A stretch of DNA of 64,000 nt from Ignavibacteriales bacterium (GTDB taxonomy: Bacteria; Bacteroidota; Ignavibacteria; UBA10030; UBA6906): contig JBBIRR010000003.1 of NCBI GenBank assembly GCA_037441705.1, positions 32,831 through 96,830 of the forward strand, read 5' to 3'. Numbering within the stretch: position 1 is the first letter of the stretch; every line of letters begins with the position of its first letter. Shown here in pieces: positions 1 to 10,034 of the stretch. The notes beneath the pieces were generated by a model. That model had not been told where the DNA came from, ran no database searches, and saw nothing but the letters and a program-made list of their open reading frames with translations. The translations under genes were made by a program, and so were the position numbers.

Positions 1-866
1 ACTCCCGGAATCGAAAGACGCATGCGCACCTCGCGCGTGCTGCCTTTGCGTCTCAGGCGCAGCTCGGCGCGCCCGGCTCCATCCACGTCGCCGATAGCCC
101 CGCGCACCGAAGCGGTGGAGTTGCACCCATACGTCACTTTGTTCTTGAGCTTCCTGGCTCGACGACGAAGGAAGCTGTCGTCCACATTCACGAACGCTAC
201 AGCCCCGGTGCGTTGGGCGAGGGCATCGAACAACGCACACTCTTCTTTCGCGACGCCGCCGAGCGTGCGAAAGAACTCCAGATGCTCGCGGCCGATATTG
301 GTGATCAGGCCGTGCGTCGGTTCCAGCACGCGGCACAGATACGCGATCTCGCCCGGATGGTTTGTGCCAATCTCGATCACCGCAATCTCATGTTTCCGCC
401 TCAGCCGAAACAGCGTGTGCGGAACGCCGATATGGTTGTTGAGATTTCCTTCCGTACTGAGCACCGCATAGCGCCTGCTCAGCACGGCGGCGATCATGTC
501 CTTCGTTGTCGTCTTGCCGTTGCTGCCTCCGACGGCAAGAACCGGAATATCAAACTTCAACCGGTAATACCGCGCCAGTTCGCCGAGCGCTTTCGTCGTA
601 TCCGACACCACCAACAGCGGCATCGTCTTCACAGGTTCGATGGCTCCTTCACGGTCAACCACGGCCGCAACGGCTCCGCCGGCAAACGCCTCTGCAAGAA
701 ATCGGTGACCGTCGAAGTTCGTTCCACGAATGGCCACAAACAGGTCGCCCTCGCGGATCGTACGCGAGTCGGTCGAGATGCCGGTGATCGTTTCCCCCTT
801 CAACTTGCCTGCGTTTCGCAGTTCGTCGTGTGCGATGTGCAGTAGTTCGCTGGGGGAAAGTTTCAT
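1..866 (-). CDS. murF: UDP-N-acetylmuramoyl-tripeptide--D-alanyl-D-alanine ligase MurF. N-terminal part only; gene runs off the left edge.
   Basis: Manual minus-strand translation from ~866 gives MKLSPSELLHIAHDEL...ISTDSRTIREGDLFVAIRGTNFDGH...LAVGGSNGKTTTKDMIA, a Mur ligase N-domain with P-loop. The start overlaps the murE stop (ATGA). Expected position after murE in the dcw cluster. Absent from the ORF track because it is truncated. Confidence 0.8.
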   Translation of the reverse strand, partial: MKLSPSELLHIAHDELRNAGKLKGETITGISTDSRTIREGDLFVAIRGTNFDGHRFLAEAFAGGAVAAVVDREGAIEPVKTMPLLVVSDTTKALGELARYYRLKFDIPVLAVGGSNGKTTTKDMIAAVLSRRYAVLSTEGNLNNHIGVPHTLFRLRRKHEIAVIEIGTNHPGEIAYLCRVLEPTHGLITNIGREHLEFFRTLGGVAKEECALFDALAQRTGAVAFVNVDDSFLRRRARKLKNKVTYGCNSTASVRGAIGDVDGAGRAELRLRRKGSTREVRMRLSIPG

Positions 867-2371
867 CGTTGTGTTCGGATGAACGACTCTATTTCTTCCC
901 GATCATCAAAATGCACGCGCCGGTCGCCAACAATCTGATACGTCTCGTGTCCCTTGCCGGCAATCAACACAACATCCCCCGCGCGGGCCATGCCGAGCGC
1001 GAACGCAATCGCCTTTCGCCGATCGACCTCTGTATGCACGGTTTTCCCGGGCACGCAGCCCGCCTGGATGTCACGCAGAATTGCTTCCGGCCTCTCACTC
1101 CGTGGATTGTCCGAGGTGATGACGGTGACGTCACTCAGCTCAGTCGCCACGCGGCCCATCAACGGCCGTTTTCCTTTATCTCTATCCCCCCCACATCCAA
1201 AGACCGTGATGATACGTCCGCGCCTGTCTTCACCCATAATGTCGTGGATGGTCCGGAGGCAATGCGCAAGCGCATCGGGAGTGTGGGCATAGTCAACCAC
1301 CGCGATCCATCCCTCGGGCGATGCGATGTGTTGAAAACGTCCGGGCACCGCTTTGACGCGCGCAATGCCTTCTTCGATCGTCTTCCGATCGAAGCCCAGC
1401 GCGACACCCGTGGCATACGCGGCCAGCGCGTTCTGCACATTGAAGCGTCCGATGAGCGGCGTATGCACCGGACGCGGCTGCTGCTGATACGTTACGGTGA
1501 ACTGCGAACCTGAAAGACTCACCTGCACGTCCGATGCTCGGACCTGGGCAGTGTCGGACGTGCCGTAGGTGAAAATAGATACTGCCGTGTTTGCCACAAT
1601 TGCTTTTCCGCGCGGATCGTCGCTGTTGGTAATCGCCACCGCGTCGGACGAGAGTTCGTCGAACAGGATTTTCTTCGCGTGGAAGTAGTTGTCCATTGTT
1701 CGATGAAAATCCAGATGATCTTGCGTCAAGTTCGTGAAGACGGCTGCGCGGAAGTTGATTCCGGCGACCCGATGAAGCGTCAGAGCATGCGAGGACACTT
1801 CCATGACCGCTGCCTTGCAGCCCCGCTCAACCATGGTCGCCAGCAGCTTATTCAACTCTAAGGACTCCGGCGTCGTGTGTGTCGGGGGAAGAATCTCATC
1901 GCCGATTTGATATTCAACCGTTCCGATCAAGCCTGCTCTCCATCCTTGAGCTTCGAGGATCGCCTTGATGAGATAGGTTGTTGATGTCTTGCCGTTCGTG
2001 CCTGTCACGCCGATGAGTGTGAGCTTCTGCGCGGGATGGCCGAAGTAGTTCGCCGCCATTCGGGCAAGAGCTTTGCGCGTATCGGGCACGACGATCTTCA
2101 CCGCACCCGTGTGCATAAAGAACGAATCGGGCATGGCGGTGTCGTCTTCCACAACAACCACTTTCGCGCCTTTCGTCACCGCCGCGTTGATGTACTTGTG
2201 ACCGTCCGTGGTTGCGCCTTTGATGGCAACGAAAACGTCTCCGCGGCCGATCTGCCGCGAGTCATAGTGGATTGCGGCGATCTCGACATCGTGCGTCACC
2301 ACCATCTGTCCAAACACAGTCTGAAACATTTTGGACACGGACACTCCATCAAGCAAACGAGAAAGCGTCAT
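863..2371 (-). CDS. murE: UDP-N-acetylmuramoyl-L-alanyl-D-glutamate--2,6-diaminopimelate ligase MurE
   Basis: ORF 863..2914. The true start is the internal Met at MTLSRLLDGVS (residue 182), which forms an ATGA overlap with the ftsI stop. Motifs GVTGTNGKTSTTYL and DNPRSE fit the Mur ligase family. Confidence 0.9.
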   Translation of the reverse strand: MTLSRLLDGVSVSKMFQTVFGQMVVTHDVEIAAIHYDSRQIGRGDVFVAIKGATTDGHKYINAAVTKGAKVVVVEDDTAMPDSFFMHTGAVKIVVPDTRKALARMAANYFGHPAQKLTLIGVTGTNGKTSTTYLIKAILEAQGWRAGLIGTVEYQIGDEILPPTHTTPESLELNKLLATMVERGCKAAVMEVSSHALTLHRVAGINFRAAVFTNLTQDHLDFHRTMDNYFHAKKILFDELSSDAVAITNSDDPRGKAIVANTAVSIFTYGTSDTAQVRASDVQVSLSGSQFTVTYQQQPRPVHTPLIGRFNVQNALAAYATGVALGFDRKTIEEGIARVKAVPGRFQHIASPEGWIAVVDYAHTPDALAHCLRTIHDIMGEDRRGRIITVFGCGGDRDKGKRPLMGRVATELSDVTVITSDNPRSERPEAILRDIQAGCVPGKTVHTEVDRRKAIAFALGMARAGDVVLIAGKGHETYQIVGDRRVHFDDREEIESFIRTQR

Positions 2372-4536
2372 AACGAAGCAACCGACGAATTCGGATTCAC
2401 GCTGCAGCGGATACCGACCCGCGTTCCGGGTCGCACCTGTTGCCCCGGTGCCGGACTTTGCGCAACCACAATGCCTGATCCTTCGATGTACACATCGAGC
2501 CGCGCGAGGATCAGTCGGTTCAACGCCCTGCGCAGCGACAGTCCACGAACGTCGGGCACGGTCGTGGATCCGCCGGTCGTCGGCGCGGTGATTGATGCCG
2601 TAACCAGCCGAATGCTCGTCCCGCGTGCAACCTTCTGTCCGGGCGCCGGCGTTTGCTGCAGAACGATCGTTCCGCCGCCGTCGACGGTGACATTCAGATC
2701 GAGCGACGCGAGGGTAGCAGTCGCTGCTTCCAGCGTCAGCGTTCTGACGTCCGGCGTCGCAACCATCTCCTTGCTGTCGGGCAGCGGCGTCTCTGCCGCC
2801 ATCAGCGCACCGGAGGTGGTTGTGGTTTTTTCTGCTATGCCTTTGACGATCGGGGCACTGGTATACGCGCCATAGTATGCCTGCGCCTTCGGATTGTCTA
2901 ACACAACAAGACACACGACCTGCGGATCGGAGGCGGGGAACATTCCGACAAATGATGCTTTGTAGTGTTGCGTCGAGTAGGTCCCGTGAACGAGCTTGCG
3001 CGTGGTTCCGGTCTTGCCTGCGATCTCCACTATGGTACTTTGGGAATGTTTTCCCGTTCCGCGCTCGACAACACCCCGCAGGAACGAGCGGAGGGAATCG
3101 GCCGTCGCCCGCGAGATGACGCGTCGAATCGCCTGCGGATGCGTTTCGAGCAGCACCTCATTGTGTTCATTCAAGATTTGTTTTACGACGTACGGCTTCA
3201 TCAACACACCACCGTTGGCAACCGCGGCGTAGGCCGCGGCAATCTGGAGCGGCGTCGCGCTCACTTCGTACCCGTAGGCCATCGTGTTCAAGGTGGTGCC
3301 CGACCATTGCGTCGGCTTCTTCAGTTGTCCGGAGGCTTCGCCCAGTAATTCAATTCCGGTGGGTGTTCCGAACCCGAAATTGCGCGCCATGGTGTAGAAT
3401 CGCTCCGCGCCGATGATGTCCGATACTTTCGCCATGACGATGTTGCTGGAGAGTTCCGTTGCCTCGCGCAGGGTCAACATCCCGTACTTGTGCACGTCGG
3501 TAATCGTTTGTGGTCTCCCCGGCACGCGATAGGCTCCGTTCTCCGCGAAAAATCTCTGGCTCGGAGACACGAGTTGATATTCGATCGCTGCCGATACGGT
3601 CACAATCTTAAACAGCGACCCCGGCTCGAAAACGTCGGTGATTGCGCGGTTTCGCGCTGCGTCGGGATCGCTGCGCTGGTAGCGATTGGGATTGATGCTC
3701 GGAAAGTTTGCCATCGCGAGCACTTCGCCTGTCCGCGGGTCCAGCATGACGACAACACCGCTTTCGGCAGCGCTTCGCTCGATGCCTTTGCGCAGCTCCT
3801 CTTCAGCAATCGCCTGACACTCCAGATCGATCGTGAGCACGATGTTGTTTCCGTTCACCGGTTCGACACGCGGGTAATCAACGGTCGGCCGTTTGCGTCC
3901 CAGGCCATCACGCTGCATCACTACATAGCCGTCCCGTCCCTTCAGATACCGATCGAACTGCAGCTCGATGCCACTGAGACCGTTGTTGTCAATGTCGGTG
4001 AATCCTAAGAGTTGACCCGCGACGTGGTCGTAATGATAGATGCGCTGCGGTTCGTTCGTCTGAATCACCCCCTCAAGCTGATGCGGTTTGAGCGCTGCCA
4101 CCGTTTGTTGGCCTGCTCGCCGTTCCAGCCACACAAAGCGCGAATCCTTCTTGCGAAGACGTGCGAGATACATCTCCCGTTTCTCCCGGCCGAACACGTT
4201 TGCGAACCGTTCGGCAACTGCTTCAGCATTCGCACCGATCACCTGGGGATCTGCGGCGTAGGAGACGGCCATCGCGCTGGAGACCAAGATTTGTCCGTTG
4301 CGATCGTAGATGTTGCCCCGCGTGGCAAGAAGCGGAACCTTCACCTCGTATTGCCGGCGGGCAATTTCCTTGTACTTCGGCGCATCGAAGACCTGAACCT
4401 CCACCAGACGCGCTGCTATGATGAGAAAGAACAACACGAAGCCAAGCTTCAGCCACAGAACTCGTCGCATCATCTCCTGTCCCGGTATGGCGGAGGTTTG
4501 CGACGGCAGACGGACGTTCGTGTTTGTCTGTTGCAT
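2368..4536 (-). CDS. ftsI: Class B penicillin-binding protein (FtsI-like transpeptidase) with two C-terminal PASTA domains
   Basis: An N-terminal TM helix, a PBP dimerisation region and a transpeptidase domain (SSNIVMAKV; KTGT) are present. The C-terminal ~130 aa hold two PASTA-like repeats (VPDVRGLSLRRALNRLILARLDVYIEGSGIVVAQSPAPGQQVRPGTRV). The gene sits between ftsL and murE. Confidence 0.85.
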   Translation of the reverse strand: MQQTNTNVRLPSQTSAIPGQEMMRRVLWLKLGFVLFFLIIAARLVEVQVFDAPKYKEIARRQYEVKVPLLATRGNIYDRNGQILVSSAMAVSYAADPQVIGANAEAVAERFANVFGREKREMYLARLRKKDSRFVWLERRAGQQTVAALKPHQLEGVIQTNEPQRIYHYDHVAGQLLGFTDIDNNGLSGIELQFDRYLKGRDGYVVMQRDGLGRKRPTVDYPRVEPVNGNNIVLTIDLECQAIAEEELRKGIERSAAESGVVVMLDPRTGEVLAMANFPSINPNRYQRSDPDAARNRAITDVFEPGSLFKIVTVSAAIEYQLVSPSQRFFAENGAYRVPGRPQTITDVHKYGMLTLREATELSSNIVMAKVSDIIGAERFYTMARNFGFGTPTGIELLGEASGQLKKPTQWSGTTLNTMAYGYEVSATPLQIAAAYAAVANGGVLMKPYVVKQILNEHNEVLLETHPQAIRRVISRATADSLRSFLRGVVERGTGKHSQSTIVEIAGKTGTTRKLVHGTYSTQHYKASFVGMFPASDPQVVCLVVLDNPKAQAYYGAYTSAPIVKGIAEKTTTTSGALMAAETPLPDSKEMVATPDVRTLTLEAATATLASLDLNVTVDGGGTIVLQQTPAPGQKVARGTSIRLVTASITAPTTGGSTTVPDVRGLSLRRALNRLILARLDVYIEGSGIVVAQSPAPGQQVRPGTRVGIRCSVNPNSSVASL

Positions 4537-4539
4537 AGA

Positions 4540-5016
4540 TTACTTATCGCGAAACTTCTCCCAACGGCTTGCATCAATCTCAAGCTGCTCGGGGCGCTCT
4601 TTCGGATACAGCAGCCCGAGCTGCTGCGTTGCCACATTCCCAATCCGCTCCCACGCGGACTTCCTGTTGATCTCCGCTTTGAGAACTTTATTGGCGTTCT
4701 CGATTTTATCGTATTGCTGTTCGAGTCGATTCACTTCCACAGTGAGTTGATTGACCGCGAGAATATTGCTGACGTACGCGACACTTACGATAGCAACAAG
4801 AAACAGAGCCACAACAATATTAAACGTCGAGCGTTTGCGCGGCCCGCCTGCTGTCGTGTTGCGCGGGCGAATGGCGTATCCGGGGATTTTGTCCTGCGGA
4901 TCGCCGCTATAAATGTACCGGCGCTCGGCAGAAGAAGTAGCCGTCTGCGCCGACCGTGCGTCCCGTTCCGCGCGACGAAGCAATGGCGCGACGCCATCCG
5001 GTGAATTCTTCGTCAT
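4540..5016 (-). CDS. ftsL: Cell division protein FtsL-like. Small bitopic protein with a coiled coil.
   Basis: 158 aa with one TM helix (FNIVVALFLVAIVSVAYV) followed by a heptad-rich coiled coil. It sits between rsmH and ftsI with 4-nt overlaps, typical of the dcw cluster. Confidence 0.6.
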   Translation of the reverse strand: MTKNSPDGVAPLLRRAERDARSAQTATSSAERRYIYSGDPQDKIPGYAIRPRNTTAGGPRKRSTFNIVVALFLVAIVSVAYVSNILAVNQLTVEVNRLEQQYDKIENANKVLKAEINRKSAWERIGNVATQQLGLLYPKERPEQLEIDASRWEKFRDK

Positions 5017-5960
5017 CGCAACTCCTTCGCAGCGGTGTCTCCGATGCGTTCCGCCGCACGAAGCTTCGCACTCCGCGCGCGCGGGTTGCGCTCCACCTCA
5101 CCGGCCGACGCCGTCACCGGCGTTTTCGTCAGAAGTCGAAGCTTCGGCGCCAGCGGAATGTCGGGAAGGTACTTGTGGGGTGCGCGGCGAACCGTCATGG
5201 ACGCGTTACGAAACACGGTTTTCACGATTCGATCTTCTAATGAGTGGTAGGAGATAACGACAATGCGACCTCCGGGTGCCAACATGTCAATCCCATCGGT
5301 GAGCGCCCGCTCGAGATGGCGCAGCTCGTCGTTCACCTCAATACGGATTGCCTGAAAGACACGCGCTAACGTCTTGTGAAGATAACGCGCGCCGGTAACC
5401 GCCTCCACAATGCGGGCAAGTTGCCCGGTTGTATTCACGGGTCGTGCCCGTACGACGGCTTTGGCGATGCGGCGCGCGGCTCTCTCCTCGCCGTACGCCG
5501 AAATAATCGCGGCAAGCCTCTGCTCGTCGTACTCGTTCACAACATGCCATCCGCTGTGCTGCTGTCGTCGATCCATCCTCATATCCAGACGTTCATCGCC
5601 GCGAAAGGAAAAGCCTTTGGTCTGCTCATCAAGTTGGTACGATGATACACCGAGGTCGAGAAGCAAACCGTTGATGGCCGCAATGCCCAGACGGGCCAGT
5701 TCCGCTTTCAGCGTGCCCACGTTTGCATGAACAAGAACAACGCGCGGCGTCACGGCTTGCAGCCGCTCCGACGCGACGCGCAGTGCGTCGTCGTCCACAT
5801 CGAATCCGATCAAGCATGCTTCCGCCGTAAGCATCCGACAAATTCCTTCCGCGTGCCCTCCTCCACCCACGGTTCCGTCAACATACGTTCCCGTTGTCGT
5901 TGTAATGAGATATTGAAGAACCTCCTCGTAGAGAACGGGAGTGTGAAATGAATCCGTCAC
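5013..5960 (-). CDS. rsmH: 16S rRNA (cytosine1402-N4)-methyltransferase RsmH (MraW)
   Basis: N-terminus TPVLYEEVLQYL...YVDGTVGGGGHAEGI is the RsmH signature. ATGA-type overlaps link it to mraZ and ftsL. Confidence 0.9.
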   Translation of the reverse strand: MTDSFHTPVLYEEVLQYLITTTTGTYVDGTVGGGGHAEGICRMLTAEACLIGFDVDDDALRVASERLQAVTPRVVLVHANVGTLKAELARLGIAAINGLLLDLGVSSYQLDEQTKGFSFRGDERLDMRMDRRQQHSGWHVVNEYDEQRLAAIISAYGEERAARRIAKAVVRARPVNTTGQLARIVEAVTGARYLHKTLARVFQAIRIEVNDELRHLERALTDGIDMLAPGGRIVVISYHSLEDRIVKTVFRNASMTVRRAPHKYLPDIPLAPKLRLLTKTPVTASAGEVERNPRARSAKLRAAERIGDTAAKELR

Positions 5961-6409
5961 CCGTCGTTGTTCCAGAGAACCGTTTCAGCTACTTCTGCGT
6001 AACTCTTCTGCTGCGCGGCAAGATACGCCTTGTACTCCTGGGGATTCCATAGTTCAATATGGTCAAGCAGTCCGAGGATGAACACCTCGCTGTCGATCGC
6101 AGCAAAGTCCAGGAGTTCTTTCGGAATCGTGATGCGGGCTTGTGCATCGAGTTGTGACTCCGTAGCCTGCTGCAACAACATGCGCATGAAAAACCTGTGT
6201 TGGGGGTTCGTCTGTGAAAGCGCGCGAATCTTGTTCTCGATCTTCACCCATTCGTCTTGCGGATACACGAACAAGCACTTCTCAAATCCGCGCGTGATGG
6301 TGAAGGTTTCGTTTGCGTTGGGCGAAATGGATTTTCGCATTCTCGCCGGAATGTTGATACGCCCCTTGCTATCGACCGAGTATATGTTTGAACCCTTGAA
6401 AACCGACAC
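5957..6409 (-). CDS. mraZ: Transcriptional regulator MraZ
   Basis: MSVFKGSNIYSVDSKGRINIPARMRK carries the MraZ DXXXR motifs in both halves. It is the first gene of the dcw cluster. Confidence 0.9.
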   Translation of the reverse strand: MSVFKGSNIYSVDSKGRINIPARMRKSISPNANETFTITRGFEKCLFVYPQDEWVKIENKIRALSQTNPQHRFFMRMLLQQATESQLDAQARITIPKELLDFAAIDSEVFILGLLDHIELWNPQEYKAYLAAQQKSYAEVAETVLWNNDG

Positions 6410-6448
6410 GGGATGTTTCTACTCTTGTCAAGGGAAAAAAATCCTCTT

Positions 6449-6470
6449 CTACCCACACTTACCCACCAGT
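6449..6470 (-). promoter_or_regulatory. Putative MraZ operator. Tandem GTGGG(TA) direct repeats with 10-nt spacing upstream of mraZ.
   Basis: The minus strand reads ctGGTGGGTAAGTGTGGGTAGAAGAGG about 40 nt upstream of the mraZ start. MraZ proteins bind arrays of GTGGG/TGGGN repeats in their own promoter. Confidence 0.45.
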
Positions 6471-6634
6471 GTGCACAAGATACGGAAATCTACCCCAAAG
6501 TCAAGGGCAAAACTGAAGAATTTGGACGAAATTGGCCAAAAAAGTCTGCGATATTACGGTGAAGAACTTTGGCTCGCTTGGCGTGTACCAGCTCCGACCA
6601 AAAGGTGTCGCTTTTAGGCGTCCTGAGATGGATC

Positions 6635-9600
6635 TCAGGTTGCTCCAACTCCAACACTGGAATCTGAAGACGGTTGGTTTTGGCTCGCGGTCAGGGCGTG
6701 AAGCAGATGATCCGCGGTGCGAAACGGGTCAAGGCGTGTGGTGTGATCTAACACATAAGCAAGCGTCAGAACTTTCCCGTCCTGCTGCAAGGATGCCTGC
6801 CGCTTGTCGAGACGGGAGACGTACGACATCAGGTGCTGGAATGTCGGACTCTCGTAGAAGTGACTGTCCGATTCAGGTGGGAACTCAATGAGAATTCTTT
6901 GTTTGCCAATGATGAGCTTGCGGAAACCGATTTCTGTTGCTTTCAGTCTGAGCCGTACCAGCGTAAGAAGATGTTCCACCTGCTTCGGATACGTACCAAA
7001 GCGATCCTTCAGCTCAGAGGCAATCAGGTTGACCTCATCGGCACAGATCACACTGAAAAGTCGGCGATACACGGACAGTCTCTCATTGCCGTCTTCGATA
7101 TAGTGCTCAGGGATGCGAACGTCGAATTCCGCATCAACCACGGTTTGTTCTCTGGTCCCGGGCCGCGCTGGATGCTGGGCGAACATTTCCTGAAACTCCT
7201 GCTCTCTCAACTCAGCCACTGCTTCCTCGAGCACCTTCGTGTACATCTCGAATCCCATCGCCTCAATGAATCCGCTTTGCTCGCCGCCGAGAAGATTCCC
7301 CGCTCCGCGAATTTCTAAGTCGCGCATTGCCAGGTTGAACCCCGACCCAAGCTCGGTGAACTCCTCCAATGCCTGCAGTCGTCTCACAGTTTCGCGCGGC
7401 AGAGAGGAGATCGGCGGGACCAGCAGATAGGCGTAGGCTTGTACATTCGAGCGTCCGACTCGGCCGCGGAGCTGATACAGTTCCGCCATGCCGAATCTGT
7501 CCGCGCGATTGATGATAATCGTGTTCACATTCGGGATGTCGATGCCCGACTCGATAATTTTCGTCGCGACCAGCACATCGAACTTCCGCTCCAGAAAGTC
7601 GAGCATGACCTCCTCGAGCTCGTATGCGTGCATCTGGCCGTGGGCGCTGCGGATGCGAACGTTGGGGACGAGCGTCTGCAGCCGACCGACAATCTCCATC
7701 ATGTTGTGCACCCGATCGTGCACGAAGAAGACCTGCCCGCCGCGCTGGATTTCGCGCAGAATCGCCTCTCGGATGAGCGCTTCGTCATATTGGATGATCT
7801 CGGTTATCACCGGCAGCCGATTGCGCGGCGGTGTTGCTATGATGGAAAGATCACGCGCGCCCAGCAGCGAAAAATGCAGCGTCCGCGGAATGGGCGTAGC
7901 TGTCAACGTCAGCGTATCAACCGTTGCCTTCAACTGACGCAACTTCTCCTTCGCGGCAACGCCGAACCGATGTTCCTCATCGATGATAAGCAGACCAAGA
8001 TCCTTGAACACAACATCCCGCGACAGCAGCCGATGCGTGCCGATGATGATGTCGATCGTGCCGGCTGCAAGGCGCTGGAGGATCGTGGCTTGTTCTCTCT
8101 TCGTCTTGAATCGTGAGATGACCTCGACGTTGGTTGTGTAATGCGACAGCCGGTCAACGAACGTGTTGTAGTGCTGTTGCGCAAGAATGGTGGTAGGAAC
8201 GAGGAGGGCAACCTGTTTCCCACTCATGACCGCCTTGAACGCGGCGCGGACGGCCACTTCGGTCTTCCCGAACCCGACATCGCCACAGATCAGCCGGTCC
8301 ATAGGATACTGTGCCTCCATGTCACGCTTGACATCTTCGGTCGCTGTTGCCTGGTCGGGAGTGTCTTCATAGACGAACGACGCTTCCAGTTCGCGCTGCC
8401 ACAGGGTATCCGGAGAGGACGCGAACCCGGGCTGACTTCGACGTTTCGCATACAGCAGTATCAGCTCGCGGGCAATATCCTTCACGCGCTTCTTCGCGCG
8501 AGCCTTGAGTTTCTCCCACTCTCCCGTTCCCAATCGCGTCAACTGCGGAACATGACCGTCTCTTGATGAGTATTTCTGAATCTTGTTCAGATAGTTAAGA
8601 TTGACATAGAGCGTATCCTTCTCCGCGTAGAGGAGTTTTACGACCTCGTGTTCAACATCGTTGACGCTTATCTTTTTCAAGCCGTCGAACCGACCGATGC
8701 CGAAGTCGGCGTGAACGACGTAGTCTCCCTTGCGGAGTTCGTGAAGTTCACGCGCGGTGATGCCCTTGAACGTTGGTCGTTTACGCCTCCCTCTCCGCTT
8801 CTGGCGGTTGAAGACTTGATGCTCGGTAAGCACAGCGATGCGCGCCGAAGGAAAAACAAAACCCTCATGGATGGAATCGAGCGAAAACTCGATGCGCGAC
8901 ACATCAAGGAGGTGCGGGCGGGCGTGGGCAAGACGTTCTTCATCCTCCGCAAGCGGCTCAAGCTCGGTGAGCAGGTCGTGCAAGCGCTGACGCTCTGCGT
9001 CAGTGTCGGAGGTGAGGATGATGCGGAACGACGACTCCTGCAGCTCCGCCAGGTGATCGCGAAGAACCTTTATGCTGCTGTTGATTGCGGGCTGGGGCAA
9101 CGCGCCAAAATCCAACGCCGATGAACGTGCCCTGCGCGCGAATCGAAGGCGCGTGTATATTGCAGCGAGGTCGAGCAGCTCTTCCCAGGAAATCGTACTC
9201 GCCGCGTCGCCTGCTCCGTCATCCTGCTTCGCAACGGACAGGAATTCGTCCAGCGCGAGTATGGCACGAGGCTGCAGGTAATCGAGAAGTGTCGTATGCG
9301 CCTGTGCAGGCAGGGAAAGCAGGTCGGGGACAATGCTGGCCTCGGACAATGGCTGGATGGAACGCTGCGACAGCGGATCGAACTCCCGGATCGATTCCAC
9401 AACGTCGCCGTCGAATTCGATCCGAAGCGGATTGCTTCCGGTGTACGGATAGACATCCAGGATGCCGCCACGTTGAGCGTACTCGCCCACGGCTTGCACA
9501 TACTGCTGCTTCGTAAATCCGAATTCCGTCAGGGCTGCAACGAGCCGCGTTGGGTTGTGCTCGCTTCCCCGTCGAAGTCGCAGGACATTGTCCTTCAGCA

Positions 9601-9997
9601 GCGCGGGAGGAGGAAGGATTTGCGTGAGAGCCTTGGGAAAGGTGACAACAATCCTCGCGTATCCATCCAGGAGCGAACGAAGAGTCTCCACATCTTCGAC
9701 ATTGGACGAAAGGCCCTCAACGGTCCTTGCACGCGTCGCGTCGAACATGTGTACAGCATTGGCGCCGACTACAAGTCGAAGGTCATCGGCGATCTTGCGC
9801 GCGTCGTCGGCATCATCAACCACAACGAGGAACTGGCGCGCGAGATCCTCCTCAAGCGCCCCCACCACAATCGCACGAAGCGAACCTGCGAGACCGGAGA
9901 CATCAACGAAGCTTCCGTCCTCTCTTCTCTCCAAACGTGATCGGAGAGATTGGTACTGATCGGTTTGACGGACTCTCTCACGTACCGTATCTATCAT
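6635..9997 (-). CDS. mfd: Transcription-repair coupling factor Mfd
   Basis: 1120 aa. UvrB-homology N-region, RNAP-interacting domain, and superfamily-2 helicase motifs (GDVGFGKTEVA, DEEHRFGV, QLRGRVGR) plus a TRCF C-domain. Confidence 0.9.
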   Translation of the reverse strand: MIDTVRERVRQTDQYQSLRSRLERREDGSFVDVSGLAGSLRAIVVGALEEDLARQFLVVVDDADDARKIADDLRLVVGANAVHMFDATRARTVEGLSSNVEDVETLRSLLDGYARIVVTFPKALTQILPPPALLKDNVLRLRRGSEHNPTRLVAALTEFGFTKQQYVQAVGEYAQRGGILDVYPYTGSNPLRIEFDGDVVESIREFDPLSQRSIQPLSEASIVPDLLSLPAQAHTTLLDYLQPRAILALDEFLSVAKQDDGAGDAASTISWEELLDLAAIYTRLRFARRARSSALDFGALPQPAINSSIKVLRDHLAELQESSFRIILTSDTDAERQRLHDLLTELEPLAEDEERLAHARPHLLDVSRIEFSLDSIHEGFVFPSARIAVLTEHQVFNRQKRRGRRKRPTFKGITARELHELRKGDYVVHADFGIGRFDGLKKISVNDVEHEVVKLLYAEKDTLYVNLNYLNKIQKYSSRDGHVPQLTRLGTGEWEKLKARAKKRVKDIARELILLYAKRRSQPGFASSPDTLWQRELEASFVYEDTPDQATATEDVKRDMEAQYPMDRLICGDVGFGKTEVAVRAAFKAVMSGKQVALLVPTTILAQQHYNTFVDRLSHYTTNVEVISRFKTKREQATILQRLAAGTIDIIIGTHRLLSRDVVFKDLGLLIIDEEHRFGVAAKEKLRQLKATVDTLTLTATPIPRTLHFSLLGARDLSIIATPPRNRLPVITEIIQYDEALIREAILREIQRGGQVFFVHDRVHNMMEIVGRLQTLVPNVRIRSAHGQMHAYELEEVMLDFLERKFDVLVATKIIESGIDIPNVNTIIINRADRFGMAELYQLRGRVGRSNVQAYAYLLVPPISSLPRETVRRLQALEEFTELGSGFNLAMRDLEIRGAGNLLGGEQSGFIEAMGFEMYTKVLEEAVAELREQEFQEMFAQHPARPGTREQTVVDAEFDVRIPEHYIEDGNERLSVYRRLFSVICADEVNLIASELKDRFGTYPKQVEHLLTLVRLRLKATEIGFRKLIIGKQRILIEFPPESDSHFYESPTFQHLMSYVSRLDKRQASLQQDGKVLTLAYVLDHTTRLDPFRTADHLLHALTASQNQPSSDSSVGVGAT

Positions 9998-10034
9998 TCC
10001 CTCGTTTCCATCTGCAGTCCATCATGCATGCGAG

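Noticed and set aside
213-1513. Plus-strand ORFs 213..845 and 830..1513 at the left edge
   Set aside because: Both are antisense to murF/murE, which have clear Mur-ligase motifs on the minus strand.
2372-2914. 181-codon N-terminal extension of the murE ORF in the track (863..2914)
   Set aside because: The extension lies inside ftsI in another frame and is Arg/Cys-rich nonsense. A Met at residue 182 (MTLSRLL) gives a normal-length MurE with an ATGA overlap to ftsI.
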